In this document: in pieces, positions 16,075 to 25,508 of the stretch
Layout: every line of letters starts with the position of its first letter
How positions within the stretch are numbered: position 1 is the first letter of the stretch
From: a virus
Taxonomy: Duplodnaviria > Caudoviricetes
Strand: one strand, 5' to 3'
IMG/VR virus record: IMGVR_UViG_3300012940_000007
Location: 1 to 47,768 of that record
DNA: 47,768 nt
Program-made: the position numbers and the translations under genes
The notes under the pieces: generated by a model
Told to the model about the DNA's origin: nothing
Database searches by the model: none
The model's input: the letters and a program-made list of their open reading frames with translations, nothing else

Positions 16075-16836
16075 ATGAGTTTGAATGCAAAGAAAGTAGC
16101 AGGCGGTAATTCAGATAGCAAATTTAAACGTGCTGAGCCACTGGAAGCAGGTAGCTATCCTGCCCGAGTGGTACAGATTCTTGATCTAGGTGTACAGGTA
16201 CAGCGGCCTTTCAAGGGAGAAGCTAAACCTCCTTGCCAAGAGATTAACATTACATATGAGCTTGCCGATGAGTTCATGAAAGATGAAGAAGGGAATGACA
16301 TTGAGGATAAGCCTCGTTGGGTGTCTGAGATGATTCCTCTGTTCAATCTGAAGGCAGAACGGGCTAAGAGCACACAGCGATATAAAGCTCTTGATCCTAA
16401 TGATGACTTCGATGGAGACTTCACTCAGCTAGTGGGCTTGCCATGTAATGTAACTATCGTTCAGTCTGTCAGTAAGACTAACGGCAATACATACAATAAT
16501 GTAGCAGGCATCACCTCTATGCGAGAGAAGGATGCTAAGCGTATGCCTGAGTTGGTGAATCCTAGTAAGGTGTTTGTGTTGGACGATCCAGACATGGAAG
16601 TGTTTAGTTCTTTGCCTCAGTTTATTCAGGATAAGATTACATCCAATCTGAATTTCCAAGGATCTAAGTTGCAAGCCCTACTGGCTAACTCAGATGCAGG
16701 AAGTACAGACAAGGAAGAAGCTGAAGAGGAAGCCCCTAAGAAATCTCCTGCTAAGAAGGCAGCACCTAAACTGGCAGAGAAGTCTGAAGCACCTGCGTGG
16801 GAAGATTCAGACGAAGACGATAGCTCCCCCTACTAA
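16075..16836 (+). CDS. Probable single-stranded DNA-binding protein
   Basis: Follows the polymerase; beta-rich core (GSYPARVVQILDLG) and an acidic tail ending in an aromatic residue (WEDSDEDDSSPY), as in T7 gp2.5. Confidence 0.65.
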   Translation: MSLNAKKVAGGNSDSKFKRAEPLEAGSYPARVVQILDLGVQVQRPFKGEAKPPCQEINITYELADEFMKDEEGNDIEDKPRWVSEMIPLFNLKAERAKSTQRYKALDPNDDFDGDFTQLVGLPCNVTIVQSVSKTNGNTYNNVAGITSMREKDAKRMPELVNPSKVFVLDDPDMEVFSSLPQFIQDKITSNLNFQGSKLQALLANSDAGSTDKEEAEEEAPKKSPAKKAAPKLAEKSEAPAWEDSDEDDSSPY

Positions 16837-16874
16837 CCCAAAATGGGTACAATCGTGCCCAATATAGGAATGAT

Positions 16875-17660
16875 ATGTTAGCTCTATTCGATGCAGACTA
16901 CCTCTGCTACAATGTAGCATTCGCAGCGGAGGCAGCAGAGAAATATAAGGCTCAGGAGCAGGGGAGGGGGCCTCACCCCCCTTCCTGGGAGACAGTTAGC
17001 AGTATGTTGGAGCAGAGGATAGAGCATTGCATGCACGAGACAGAGGCTACAGATGCTAAATTCTACCTAAGCTCTAAGACAAACTTCAGAGACAAGATTA
17101 GCACTACAGGGTATAAGCTAGATCGTGGGGAGAAGCCCTCACAATATGCTAATCTAAGAGCAGTGATGCTAGGATTGTATGGGGGCATTATCGAGGAGGG
17201 GCTGGAAGCAGATGACTGTATGGCTATCCAAGCCTCTCTCAATCCAGATGATAGTATTATTATCGGTCCTGATAAAGACTTGTGGCAAGTGCCTTGTTGG
17301 CATTATAGATACGAGACAGGTAGGATTAGTAGCCTAGGGCCATTCAAGGCAGAGAACTATGGTCATTTTGAATACAAGGGCAGTAAGTATTTTGGATATG
17401 GAGATAAGATGTTTTTATCTCAGTGCCTAATGGGGGACCCTGTAGACTCAATAGTTGCTCTGGCTGGCGTAGGGCCTGCTAAAGCGTTTAAACTCCTCTC
17501 CCCTACCCAGACATACGAGGAAGGGTTAGAGGCTGTTGTAGGGGCTTACAAGGGCTTCTATGGGGATGAATGGGAGACTAAGCTAACTGAGAACGCCCAG
17601 TTGCTTTGGATGACACGAAGACTTAATGAGGATGGGAGTCCGGTATTATGGAAACTATAG
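16875..17660 (+). CDS. 5'-3' exonuclease (T7 gp6/FEN-like)
   Basis: FDAD, YK..R, LEADD, DKDL, GDPVDSI..GVGP motifs. Confidence 0.9.
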   Translation: MLALFDADYLCYNVAFAAEAAEKYKAQEQGRGPHPPSWETVSSMLEQRIEHCMHETEATDAKFYLSSKTNFRDKISTTGYKLDRGEKPSQYANLRAVMLGLYGGIIEEGLEADDCMAIQASLNPDDSIIIGPDKDLWQVPCWHYRYETGRISSLGPFKAENYGHFEYKGSKYFGYGDKMFLSQCLMGDPVDSIVALAGVGPAKAFKLLSPTQTYEEGLEAVVGAYKGFYGDEWETKLTENAQLLWMTRRLNEDGSPVLWKL

Positions 17661-17754
17661 GCGGTATTATTGGGAAATGCCTTACGGAGTACCTAACTTG
17701 GTTCTCTAGGGCAGCAGGAGTGCTTATAGCAGCTAAGATAATGGGATTATTCTG

Positions 17755-17979
17755 ATGATCTTTGATGACGAAGTTAAATTCATCGGTGTTTACGTCCTAG
17801 GTGAGCAGAAACATGCTATAGTGTTCGACCACGATGGGGAAAGGATGGTGGAGCTTATCTTTGAACATCTAGAGGATGGGTCTGTAGCTCCTATCGACGT
17901 ATTGGAATGCATCTGTGAGGCAGAATGTCTTGAGGAATGTAGATGTGGAGCTTGGGCTAGACGAGGAGTGTTGCATTGA
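17755..17979 (+). CDS. Hypothetical protein (Cys-rich C-terminus)
   Basis: ORF track; CIC...C..CRC. Confidence 0.6.
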   Translation: MIFDDEVKFIGVYVLGEQKHAIVFDHDGERMVELIFEHLEDGSVAPIDVLECICEAECLEECRCGAWARRGVLH

Positions 17980-18350
17980 GGAACAGTTGGAACGGAGGTG
18001 CCTGGACAGCAGCTAGGTTTAATAGCTTCATCAAGTCTGCTCTAAGGTCTGCCTCTAGGAAATGGCCTCCTAAATACACCTGCCTCAATAATTCTTGTGT
18101 AGGAACTATGGAGAACAAAGCCACAGGGAGGCAAGCTAAGCATTACAAGTGTGCCAGTTGTGGTGGCCTATTCCCCGCTAAAAGTGTGCAGGTAGATCAT
18201 ATCAAACCTGTTGTACCCATAGGATGGGACGGAGATTGGAATGTCGTAATTGATAATATGTATTGCGAGATTGACAATCTTCAAACTTTGTGTAAAGATT
18301 GCCACACAGATAAAACCAAACAGGAACGTTTAGAAAGGAAGAGGAAATGA
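17976..18350 (+). CDS. HNH endonuclease (Zn-binding)
   Basis: YKCASC...VQVDHIKPV...NLQTLCKDCH; GAGGAG RBS before TTG. Confidence 0.85.
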   Translation: MRNSWNGGAWTAARFNSFIKSALRSASRKWPPKYTCLNNSCVGTMENKATGRQAKHYKCASCGGLFPAKSVQVDHIKPVVPIGWDGDWNVVIDNMYCEIDNLQTLCKDCHTDKTKQERLERKRK

Positions 18351-18763
18351 AAATTGAACTCGGTAAGACATATGTAAGCCGTCAGGGGCAGTGCGATAAA
18401 ATCGTAGAGGAGGTTGAGAACCCCATATTTGATTGGCTATTTCGAGGAGAAGGTGGCCTATATTACTCTGGAGAAGGTAAGGTGTTCCCCAACCGTCCCT
18501 GGGAGCATGATTGTGACTTGGTGAGAGAATACTTTGAGGAAGGGGAAGAAGTGGAGGACATGGTAAACTCCCCCTCACACTACACTCAAGGATCGGTAGA
18601 GTGCATTGATGCTATCCAGTCTTCCTTGTCTCCCGAAGAGTTTAAGGGATACCTCCGTGGAAACATCCTGAAGTATATGTGGCGCACCAATCATAAGGGC
18701 GGTAAGCAGGATTTGGAGAAATCTTTGTGGTATCTGAATAAACTAATTGGAGCAACTGAGTGA
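18347..18763 (+). CDS. DUF3310 protein (T7 gp1.7-like nucleotide kinase domain)
   Basis: DMVNSPSHY..G.VECID...GNILKY.WR...QDLEKSLWYL. Confidence 0.85.
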   Translation: MKIELGKTYVSRQGQCDKIVEEVENPIFDWLFRGEGGLYYSGEGKVFPNRPWEHDCDLVREYFEEGEEVEDMVNSPSHYTQGSVECIDAIQSSLSPEEFKGYLRGNILKYMWRTNHKGGKQDLEKSLWYLNKLIGATE

Positions 18764-19533
18764 GTAAGAAATTTATCCTAGTACTTCCCGATGCTCAGGT
18801 CAAGCCTGGAGTAGACATCTCCCACCTAGAATGGATGGGGAAATACATTGTCAAGAAGCGTCCTGACATCATCGTCAATATCGGGGATTGGGCTGACATG
18901 GAAAGCCTCTCCACTTGGGACATAGGTAAGAAGAGTTTTGAGGGGCGTAGGTACAATAAGGACATCGAGGCAGCTATCCATGCACAGGAAGTTCTTCTAG
19001 GGCCTCTACGGGCCTTACAGGAGCGTCAGAGAGCTAATAAGAAGCGTGTGTATTCTCCTCGTATGGTATTGACACTTGGCAATCATGAAAATCGTATTGA
19101 CAGGGCCATTGAATCTGATTCAAAATTAGATGGGCTTATTTCTACGGATGATTTAAAATACAAAGAGTTTGGTTGGGAAGTACATAAGTTCCTAGACGTA
19201 GTGATGATTCAGGGGATTGCATTCTCTCATTACTTCTGCACAGGGGCTATGGGAAGACCTTCTAGCTCTGCCCAGGCTCAATTGAATAAGCAGCATCTAA
19301 GTTGTATTGCAGGACACCAACAGGGCTTACAGATTGCTACGGGTAAGAGGGCAGATGGTCAGCTTATGACTTCTATTATTGCAGGGAGCTTCTATCTTCA
19401 TGAAGAGGACTATCTAGGCTCTCAGAGTAATGTACACTGGAGAGGGGCATTAGCTCTTCATAATTGTGAGAATGGGCATTTTGATTTGAACTTATTGCCT
19501 ATGTCCTATCTAAAATCTAAATACGGGAAATGA
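18760..19533 (+). CDS. Calcineurin-like metallophosphoesterase
   Basis: PDAQ, GDWAD, GNHE, SH, GHQQ motifs. Confidence 0.85.
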   Translation: MSKKFILVLPDAQVKPGVDISHLEWMGKYIVKKRPDIIVNIGDWADMESLSTWDIGKKSFEGRRYNKDIEAAIHAQEVLLGPLRALQERQRANKKRVYSPRMVLTLGNHENRIDRAIESDSKLDGLISTDDLKYKEFGWEVHKFLDVVMIQGIAFSHYFCTGAMGRPSSSAQAQLNKQHLSCIAGHQQGLQIATGKRADGQLMTSIIAGSFYLHEEDYLGSQSNVHWRGALALHNCENGHFDLNLLPMSYLKSKYGK

Positions 19534-19534
19534 A

Positions 19535-19732
19535 ATGGAATTTATTAAATCAATCAACGAATTCAGCGAATACATGTATAACCTTATTGAAGGGAATAAG
19601 GGTAAAAGTGTTTTAAAGTCCATCGTGTTGATCTACGGACTTATGTTAGGTCTGGTGGGTATCGGTCTGTTAGGTACACTGGTGTCAACAGTGTTCATCC
19701 CGTTTCTTCTGGTAAAGAAGCTATTAAAATGA
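19535..19732 (+). CDS. Membrane protein
   Basis: Long hydrophobic C-terminal segment. Confidence 0.65.
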   Translation: MEFIKSINEFSEYMYNLIEGNKGKSVLKSIVLIYGLMLGLVGIGLLGTLVSTVFIPFLLVKKLLK

Positions 19733-20043
19733 TTAGAAACTTCGTACACGAGATAGGGTCCTCCCTCTTGATGGGGGAGTGGGTAGGTTTTGAGAATACG
19801 GTAGATGATTGCCTAGGCCCCCAAGAAGAGTTCCTTCTAATGAACAAGGGGTTAGTATTCGATGGCTATTACTTCTACCTGATGGGTAAGAGATTGGATA
19901 CCAACCTTACTTGCAAGGAAGTAGAAGTGTTGAGTGAAACCTTCCTTTTGATCAGAGATAGATATTATCTGGACAATCCTACAGAAGATGTGTTAGAATT
20001 AGCAGGGAGATTTGGTGGAATCGCAGCAAAGGGTAAAGAGTAA
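19729..20043 (+). CDS. Hypothetical protein
   Basis: ORF track; ATGA overlap. Confidence 0.65.
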   Translation: MIRNFVHEIGSSLLMGEWVGFENTVDDCLGPQEEFLLMNKGLVFDGYYFYLMGKRLDTNLTCKEVEVLSETFLLIRDRYYLDNPTEDVLELAGRFGGIAAKGKE

Positions 20044-20185
20044 AGGTGTCTACCGATTCACAGAGTCTTATGGCAGATTTGCCAAGGGATATGTAGTGAG
20101 GGTTACAGAGGTAGGTGAAGATTATGTAGTTATCCTCGGGGACAAGTTCCCCTTGGATGTACCGATTAAGGAATGTGATGACTAA
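20015..20185 (+). CDS. Hypothetical protein (56 aa)
   Basis: GGGAG RBS, GTG start; fills the gap between neighbours. Confidence 0.5.
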   Translation: MESQQRVKSKGVYRFTESYGRFAKGYVVRVTEVGEDYVVILGDKFPLDVPIKECDD

Positions 20186-20363
20186 AATAGAAGAGATGTT
20201 TCATAAGTTTTTTGATGGAGAGGATACCTACCCTTCAGACTTAATAATATTTACAGCAGGTTGGCAAGCATGCATCCAACATGAGAAAGATCAACTGGCT
20301 AAGAGCCTAGCAGAGTTTGACAATGACGATAATGATTGTGGATCAGGAGGATGTATCCTATGA
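20178..20363 (+). CDS. Hypothetical protein
   Basis: TAAGGA RBS before ATG 20178 (MTKIEEMF). Confidence 0.65.
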   Translation: MTKIEEMFHKFFDGEDTYPSDLIIFTAGWQACIQHEKDQLAKSLAEFDNDDNDCGSGGCIL

Positions 20364-20581
20364 ATGAACTAGATAAGGCTTTCCAAGAGGCCATGAAGAA
20401 ATACCAATTCACAGCCTATTCAGGGAGAATCTATATGGACATGAAAACTATGTTTACAGAGGGGTATAACCATGCCCATGAAGAGATGGGATTGTGGGAA
20501 CGCCCCTCTGAACAGGACTTCGGGGTTATTGAGAAAGATCAGGACCTCGGGCAGACACCTAAACAATTGGAGCTATTTTGA
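20360..20581 (+). CDS. Hypothetical protein
   Basis: GGAGGA RBS before ATG 20360 (MNELDKAF). Confidence 0.65.
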   Translation: MNELDKAFQEAMKKYQFTAYSGRIYMDMKTMFTEGYNHAHEEMGLWERPSEQDFGVIEKDQDLGQTPKQLELF

Positions 20582-20755
20582 TTGACTTCAACTACATCAT
20601 AGACAAGCTAGGGGAATGGGTGCAGCAGAGTAATGATGCATTCTCTAAGCTAGGGCTTAATATCTACCTGGGGCTAGGGGATGATGACGATAGATGCGTA
20701 ACAACGTATGTTGTCTTCCTATTCTTAATTCTTTTATTCTTGTAAGGAGAACGTT

Positions 20756-20929
20756 ATTTACACAGTATACTTTGAATGCTCTAAACCTAATGGAATCATC
20801 TCCGGGACAGTGATGTTCAGCACTTCAGAGGCAGCTATTAAGTTCTCTGATGAATTCAAATCCCTTGATGGGGTTGCATCAGCCAATCGTAAGACCATTA
20901 TCATTGGAGAGCCGGAGGATACACTATGA
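20756..20929 (+). CDS. Hypothetical protein (57 aa), possible AUU start
   Basis: TAAGGAG 6 nt before ATT; open frame ending in an ATGA overlap with the next gene. Confidence 0.45.
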   Translation: MYTVYFECSKPNGIISGTVMFSTSEAAIKFSDEFKSLDGVASANRKTIIIGEPEDTL

Positions 20930-21162
20930 GGATCGAAGCAGGGGTGTTCCACCTAGAAGGCAACACTTGGCGGTACGAATACGGAGATTCAGAAGGAACA
21001 CATATTATCGTATTCACAGCAGAGCCAGGGGTTAAACCAAAGATTGGTGATAGCATTGAGGCAGGGGTACACGTACCATTAGTGGGCTATATCATCAACG
21101 GAGATACAAGTAAGTGGGATAACAAGTGGGAAGACGAAGGAACCTACTATGGCAACGATTGA
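20926..21162 (+). CDS. Hypothetical protein
   Basis: GGAGG RBS. Confidence 0.65.
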   Translation: MRIEAGVFHLEGNTWRYEYGDSEGTHIIVFTAEPGVKPKIGDSIEAGVHVPLVGYIINGDTSKWDNKWEDEGTYYGND

Positions 21163-21406
21163 AGACCTAATCCACCCCGATTACAAGGAAGTGTATGACG
21201 CTATGGGGAATGATGCATATTTCAATGGTTCCCTTGGTGTTCTAGTTAATGAAGCAGAATCCTTTGGTGTAGCTAAGGCAGCAGTTAATGTCTATCTGTC
21301 TATGCTAAAGGATGTGGGGGATTTTAATAGAGTGGATTACATCTCCTACTTGGAGACAGTTATCCTAACCCTACCAGATTTACAACGTGCCTTACGAAAG
21401 AGATAG
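21149..21406 (+). CDS. Hypothetical protein
   Basis: Last plus-strand gene; AAGGA RBS. Confidence 0.7.
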   Translation: MATIEDLIHPDYKEVYDAMGNDAYFNGSLGVLVNEAESFGVAKAAVNVYLSMLKDVGDFNRVDYISYLETVILTLPDLQRALRKR

Positions 21407-21416
21407 ACAAAATAAT

Positions 21417-21450
21417 GCCCCGATATCCTTTACAGGACTCGGGGCTTTTT
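21417..21450 (+). terminator. Intrinsic terminator between the convergent arms (possibly bidirectional)
   Basis: GCCCCGA...TCGGGGC stem followed by TTTTT; A-rich tract on the other side. Confidence 0.85.
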
Positions 21451-21453
21451 CGT

Positions 21454-23553
21454 TTACGAGCTTACTTCTGGTGTATTACAATCTACTGTAGCGTATACGT
21501 CTCCACTGACAGCAGAACTAAGGACAACAGGGACAGATGTAGAGCCTGCTGTAGCTGCAAAGCATGCTGATACTGGTGTAGGTGCAGCAGCAGCGTCTAG
21601 GGGGTTATTCACCCCTACAGATACATATCTCTGAGGGATACCTCCCCAAGGGAGCACATTAGAGAAGTCGAAGGTAACAGTGGTTGCTTCACTTCCTACA
21701 GCGATGGTTTTCTTCAGGATAGCTTCCGATTGAGTTCTCTTGACAATATTAGAATAACTATTGCCGTGCCAAGTGATCTCTCGGAAGGAGGTGAGGTCCA
21801 GAGAACCACCAGAGCCTGTAGGAATGATCACACCGTCTGCTGCATTATACGGGACGATCGAACCCTGTTCACCCCCTCCGTATACGTTCTTAAACACATT
21901 ACCTACTACAGAGATACGGCTTACCAAAGCATTAGTTGTATAAGGAGACAACACTACGAAAGCGTTGGTAGGTTCCCTTGATACACTAGTGAACTGATTC
22001 CCTGAGATGGTTACTCCACCACCAATAGGCCAAGCTAGGTTGGTAGTATTCTCGTTGGTCATTTCAATCCAAGAGTTATCAATATAATTTCCTGTGATAT
22101 TGGTCTTGTTGTGCCCTGATGTAAGGATGATGGAAGGTCTACGGGTGTTCTTACCGGGTTCTGCATCCGAACCTGCTCCTGTAGCCTGCCAGAAGTGATT
22201 GCCTACAATAACATTACCAGAACCATGAAGGACGAGTGTGTTACCAAATTGCCAGAAATAGTTTCCCCTGAACTTAGGATCATTAGTAGGAATACTAAAG
22301 AATACAGACTGTTTATCTACAGGATCTGCTTGTCTGTCATCAAGATCGGGGAATGCCTGACAACAATCTATCTGACAGTTTGATCCACCGCTACTCCAAA
22401 AGATCACCCCTCTTTTGTACACATTAGCAAAGGTGCAATTTGTGAAAGACTGGGTGCTTCCTCCTTTTGGACCTTTAAACACCCCTATATTACTTAGACA
22501 TTCAAAGGTTACCTGCTCGAATCGGAAGTTAGATAGACTGGTTATCTTGCTGAAATCAAATAGATAATCAAACTCTTGGAACCTATGAGTAGCTGAGGAT
22601 AAGGTCCTCCACGCGGTAGTGGACAGAGTGATCTGTCCGTTAACAGTATCCACCGACCTCACATAGGTCTCCCTAGGAACCCCCGGACCACTCACATACA
22701 TTCCTTCTACTATTCCGGTCATGGAAGAAGGGGTAGCTGTGGCAGACCCTATAGTTAGCGATAAGTTTCTAGTGAAGTTTGCCATGGTCTTCTTAGGACC
22801 AATATACCGGAACCTGCCATTACGAATAGTAAACTCTCCTTGCTGACTAGTCCCTAAAGGAATAGACATGTCCATAGAGTTTGCAATGTCGATACTTCTT
22901 CCCTCTAAATCTACTCCCATAAACCTTCTACTGGCCGCTGCTTTAGCTATGGCAGCAAATACAGCAGAAGTTTCGTCTACATCTACCCCATTAGATGTTA
23001 AGAAATCTGAAATCTTTACACCATCAAATTCCTTGTTGATATATCTAGCACTGATTGTGGTAAGCTCTGGGTCTGCATAATGAACCACATCTACTAAATC
23101 AGTCTGTATATCTCCTACATCTTCTTCTAGGGCATCAATACGTCCAATGGCACCTGCTACACTATCCGCAGCAGCCTGCGCCCTATCAGCCTCTGTCTCA
23201 GCCCTCTCTGCTTGCTCTGTGGCAACTAAGGCACTAGCAGCAGACTCATCTGCGCTCTCCGCAGCTTCTAAGGCAGACTCTCTAGCCTCTTCAGCCCACT
23301 TCTTAGCAGCAGGAACTCCCCCCCTAACCTCTCCCCAGGGGGTAGCCTCGTGATCCAATGTGGGAATAGGTAGATTATAGACACGATTACTATTCATGTC
23401 TAAATCATTATTCATCTCGTTTGGTTCACCGGGAGGGTTATCTCGGAAGAGAACCTTATCGTTTAGGGCCTCTGCTACCTTCCTGAAATTATCATTGATT
23501 CTTTGTGTGCCGCTATTGCCGTTAGAGGCATCAGGCAAGACTATTTTAGCCAT
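21454..23553 (-). CDS. Tailspike/depolymerase 2 (beta-helix)
   Basis: N-terminal anchor shared with tailspike 1, Ala/Glu coiled linker, then repeated GN-type beta-helix rungs (IVGNHF, ITGNYI, ISGNQF, VVGNVF). Confidence 0.85.
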   Translation of the reverse strand: MAKIVLPDASNGNSGTQRINDNFRKVAEALNDKVLFRDNPPGEPNEMNNDLDMNSNRVYNLPIPTLDHEATPWGEVRGGVPAAKKWAEEARESALEAAESADESAASALVATEQAERAETEADRAQAAADSVAGAIGRIDALEEDVGDIQTDLVDVVHYADPELTTISARYINKEFDGVKISDFLTSNGVDVDETSAVFAAIAKAAASRRFMGVDLEGRSIDIANSMDMSIPLGTSQQGEFTIRNGRFRYIGPKKTMANFTRNLSLTIGSATATPSSMTGIVEGMYVSGPGVPRETYVRSVDTVNGQITLSTTAWRTLSSATHRFQEFDYLFDFSKITSLSNFRFEQVTFECLSNIGVFKGPKGGSTQSFTNCTFANVYKRGVIFWSSGGSNCQIDCCQAFPDLDDRQADPVDKQSVFFSIPTNDPKFRGNYFWQFGNTLVLHGSGNVIVGNHFWQATGAGSDAEPGKNTRRPSIILTSGHNKTNITGNYIDNSWIEMTNENTTNLAWPIGGGVTISGNQFTSVSREPTNAFVVLSPYTTNALVSRISVVGNVFKNVYGGGEQGSIVPYNAADGVIIPTGSGGSLDLTSFREITWHGNSYSNIVKRTQSEAILKKTIAVGSEATTVTFDFSNVLPWGGIPQRYVSVGVNNPLDAAAAPTPVSACFAATAGSTSVPVVLSSAVSGDVYATVDCNTPEVSS

Positions 23554-23577
23554 ATAATAAGGTTCCCTGTGTTACGA

Positions 23578-24060
23578 TTAAACTTCTGCTGCTGCGTCTT
23601 CGAGTGCTTGGATACGGGTAGCCAATGCTTGCAAGGTTGCTTGGATTGTACCGGCTGCAAGACCATCTGTACCAGCGGCTACGTTAGCCAGCTTAGAAAG
23701 TGCGATAGCTGCAGATGCTGCTACCTTCGCATTTGTAACACTAGCATCTGTTGGAGGGAGTGTTGCAGGAATAGTAGGGATAACCGTATCCCCTGCCAGT
23801 GCTGTTGTGGCTGTAGTGCCTAGTACCAGACTTGATGTACCCGCCCCAATTGCTGTACGAGCTGCGGCTGCGTCTGTTGCCGTAAGAACATCCACACCTA
23901 CTGTAGTGGCATCTGTAATGTTAGCCGAGGTGATATCGCCTGCTGGAGGACCGTTATCTTCCAGTTCTGACCAATAGGCTTTTTCTGCATCAGGTAGATT
24001 ACCAGCAGAAGAGCCAGATACTGAATTCATGTAGCGGATTTTTGGTTCAAGATAAGACAT
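23578..24060 (-). CDS. Virion fibre/decoration-like protein
   Basis: Ala/Thr-rich ITDATTVG..VLTATDAAAARTAIGAG motif with a coiled C-terminus. Confidence 0.6.
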   Translation of the reverse strand: MSYLEPKIRYMNSVSGSSAGNLPDAEKAYWSELEDNGPPAGDITSANITDATTVGVDVLTATDAAAARTAIGAGTSSLVLGTTATTALAGDTVIPTIPATLPPTDASVTNAKVAASAAIALSKLANVAAGTDGLAAGTIQATLQALATRIQALEDAAAEV

Positions 24061-24075
24061 ATATTTCCTTAATTG

Positions 24076-24288
24076 TTAAGCATCCGGTTGAGGAGGCCAT
24101 TCTTCTTCAGTCACTTCCCTTGTAGGAAGGGTAGATAGGTACTCATGCTTCTCTGCATGAGCTGGGTCAGACAACACTGCTTCAGGGAGAGCAAACTCCC
24201 CTCCCAATAATTGTCTAGGGTCTAGGCCAGCACCTTCAGAGGAAACACCCCTAACTTCCTGAGCCTGTTCTTGTGTTAGGATGATCAT
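24076..24288 (-). CDS. Small protein, possible chaperone/partner of the upstream virion protein
   Basis: ATGA overlap with the 317-aa gene. Confidence 0.6.
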   Translation of the reverse strand: MIILTQEQAQEVRGVSSEGAGLDPRQLLGGEFALPEAVLSDPAHAEKHEYLSTLPTREVTEEEWPPQPDA

Positions 24289-25238
24289 ATCTGACCCCCT
24301 ACAGATGTTAAGTACGATTGCGTAGCAGTATATAGACTAAGAGACTCCGCTGCTGTTAGTCCACCTCCTGCATGTACAACAGCAATCCTGTTAGCAGTGA
24401 AGTTGTTAGCAGCACCTGTTGTTGCATAGGAATGAGATGCCCCAAAGAACATTTGTGCAGATGGTACAACTCCTGTAGTAGCTGTGCGAGTACCCGATAA
24501 AACTCCCGCTCTGTATGCCGAAGACAGGGTGGAATTCAGCCTAGACAAGATACTATGACCTAGTCTAGTAGTTATAGCCCCGCCAGTATATTGAGCTGTC
24601 GTACTATTGTTTAGTCTCCCAGACATATTTCCTGTACCGGCATAGGGGACCAACAAGGTACCCGTAGAGCTGCTTGCTCCCATTGCTACTGCGCCTCCAG
24701 ATGCACCAGTAGCTCCTGCATTTAGGTACGCACCTATATGGGCACTATTCAGGGAATACTTAGTCATGTCTGAAAGAGGGAGTACTGTATCTCCATACTG
24801 GCTAGTGCCATCAAATGCCACTCCCCGATCTATAGTGAATGTTGGGGAGTTATAAAGAATAGCAGATTGAGGTCCTTTCCAATTAAGGAGAGCGGCCTGA
24901 GAATCATGTGCTGCTAATACATACAGCATATCCAACTTATCCCACACACCTGATGTTTTTAGGGATGAGACATACTGCTCAATAACAGCCTTTCTGGAAT
25001 CGTCAGGTTGCACATCCATTCTTTCAAATAAGGCAAAGGCATCTGAATCTACAACATTGTCTCTTAGGAAAGAGTACAGTCGGTCATTAATAGCCCCTGT
25101 GTACCCCATATCTCCGAGATAGTTCCATAGCTCATCATCAGTCATCTGCCCTAAGTCAGAGGCTTCCCACATCTCTTGAAGAGCGCCTGTATATCCATGT
25201 TGCCTAAGATAAGTGAAGAGTAGGTCATTAATACTCAT
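24285..25238 (-). CDS. Virion protein with putative LamG/ConA-like beta-sandwich
   Basis: LKTSGVWDKLD...GVAFDGTSQYGDT...GLTAAESLSLY. Confidence 0.6.
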   Translation of the reverse strand: MSINDLLFTYLRQHGYTGALQEMWEASDLGQMTDDELWNYLGDMGYTGAINDRLYSFLRDNVVDSDAFALFERMDVQPDDSRKAVIEQYVSSLKTSGVWDKLDMLYVLAAHDSQAALLNWKGPQSAILYNSPTFTIDRGVAFDGTSQYGDTVLPLSDMTKYSLNSAHIGAYLNAGATGASGGAVAMGASSSTGTLLVPYAGTGNMSGRLNNSTTAQYTGGAITTRLGHSILSRLNSTLSSAYRAGVLSGTRTATTGVVPSAQMFFGASHSYATTGAANNFTANRIAVVHAGGGLTAAESLSLYTATQSYLTSVGGQI

Positions 25239-25507
25239 CGTTTCTTACGCCTCCCCCCTGTCCCCCGGTTGTCTGCCCGGTTCGCTGAGACTGAACGGGC
25301 TCTCAGATTTTTCATTGATTTGTCGGACGTGCGTTTGTTAACGTGGTCAACATCTTGACCCTTCCTCACCTTCCCTGCCTTTAACATCTTGGCTCGGGAA
25401 GCGTTTCTTTCTGCCCTACGCTTCTTCTGTTCCGGGGAGCTATTGTATGCTCTCTGTTGAACACTACGAGGTTTTGCATTGGGTTTTCTGTAGCCCTTCG
25501 CTGGCAT
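25235..25507 (-). CDS. Small basic HNH-like protein
   Basis: DVDHVN...KNLRARSVSANR. Confidence 0.7.
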   Translation of the reverse strand: MPAKGYRKPNAKPRSVQQRAYNSSPEQKKRRAERNASRAKMLKAGKVRKGQDVDHVNKRTSDKSMKNLRARSVSANRADNRGTGGRRKKR

Positions 25508-25508
25508 A

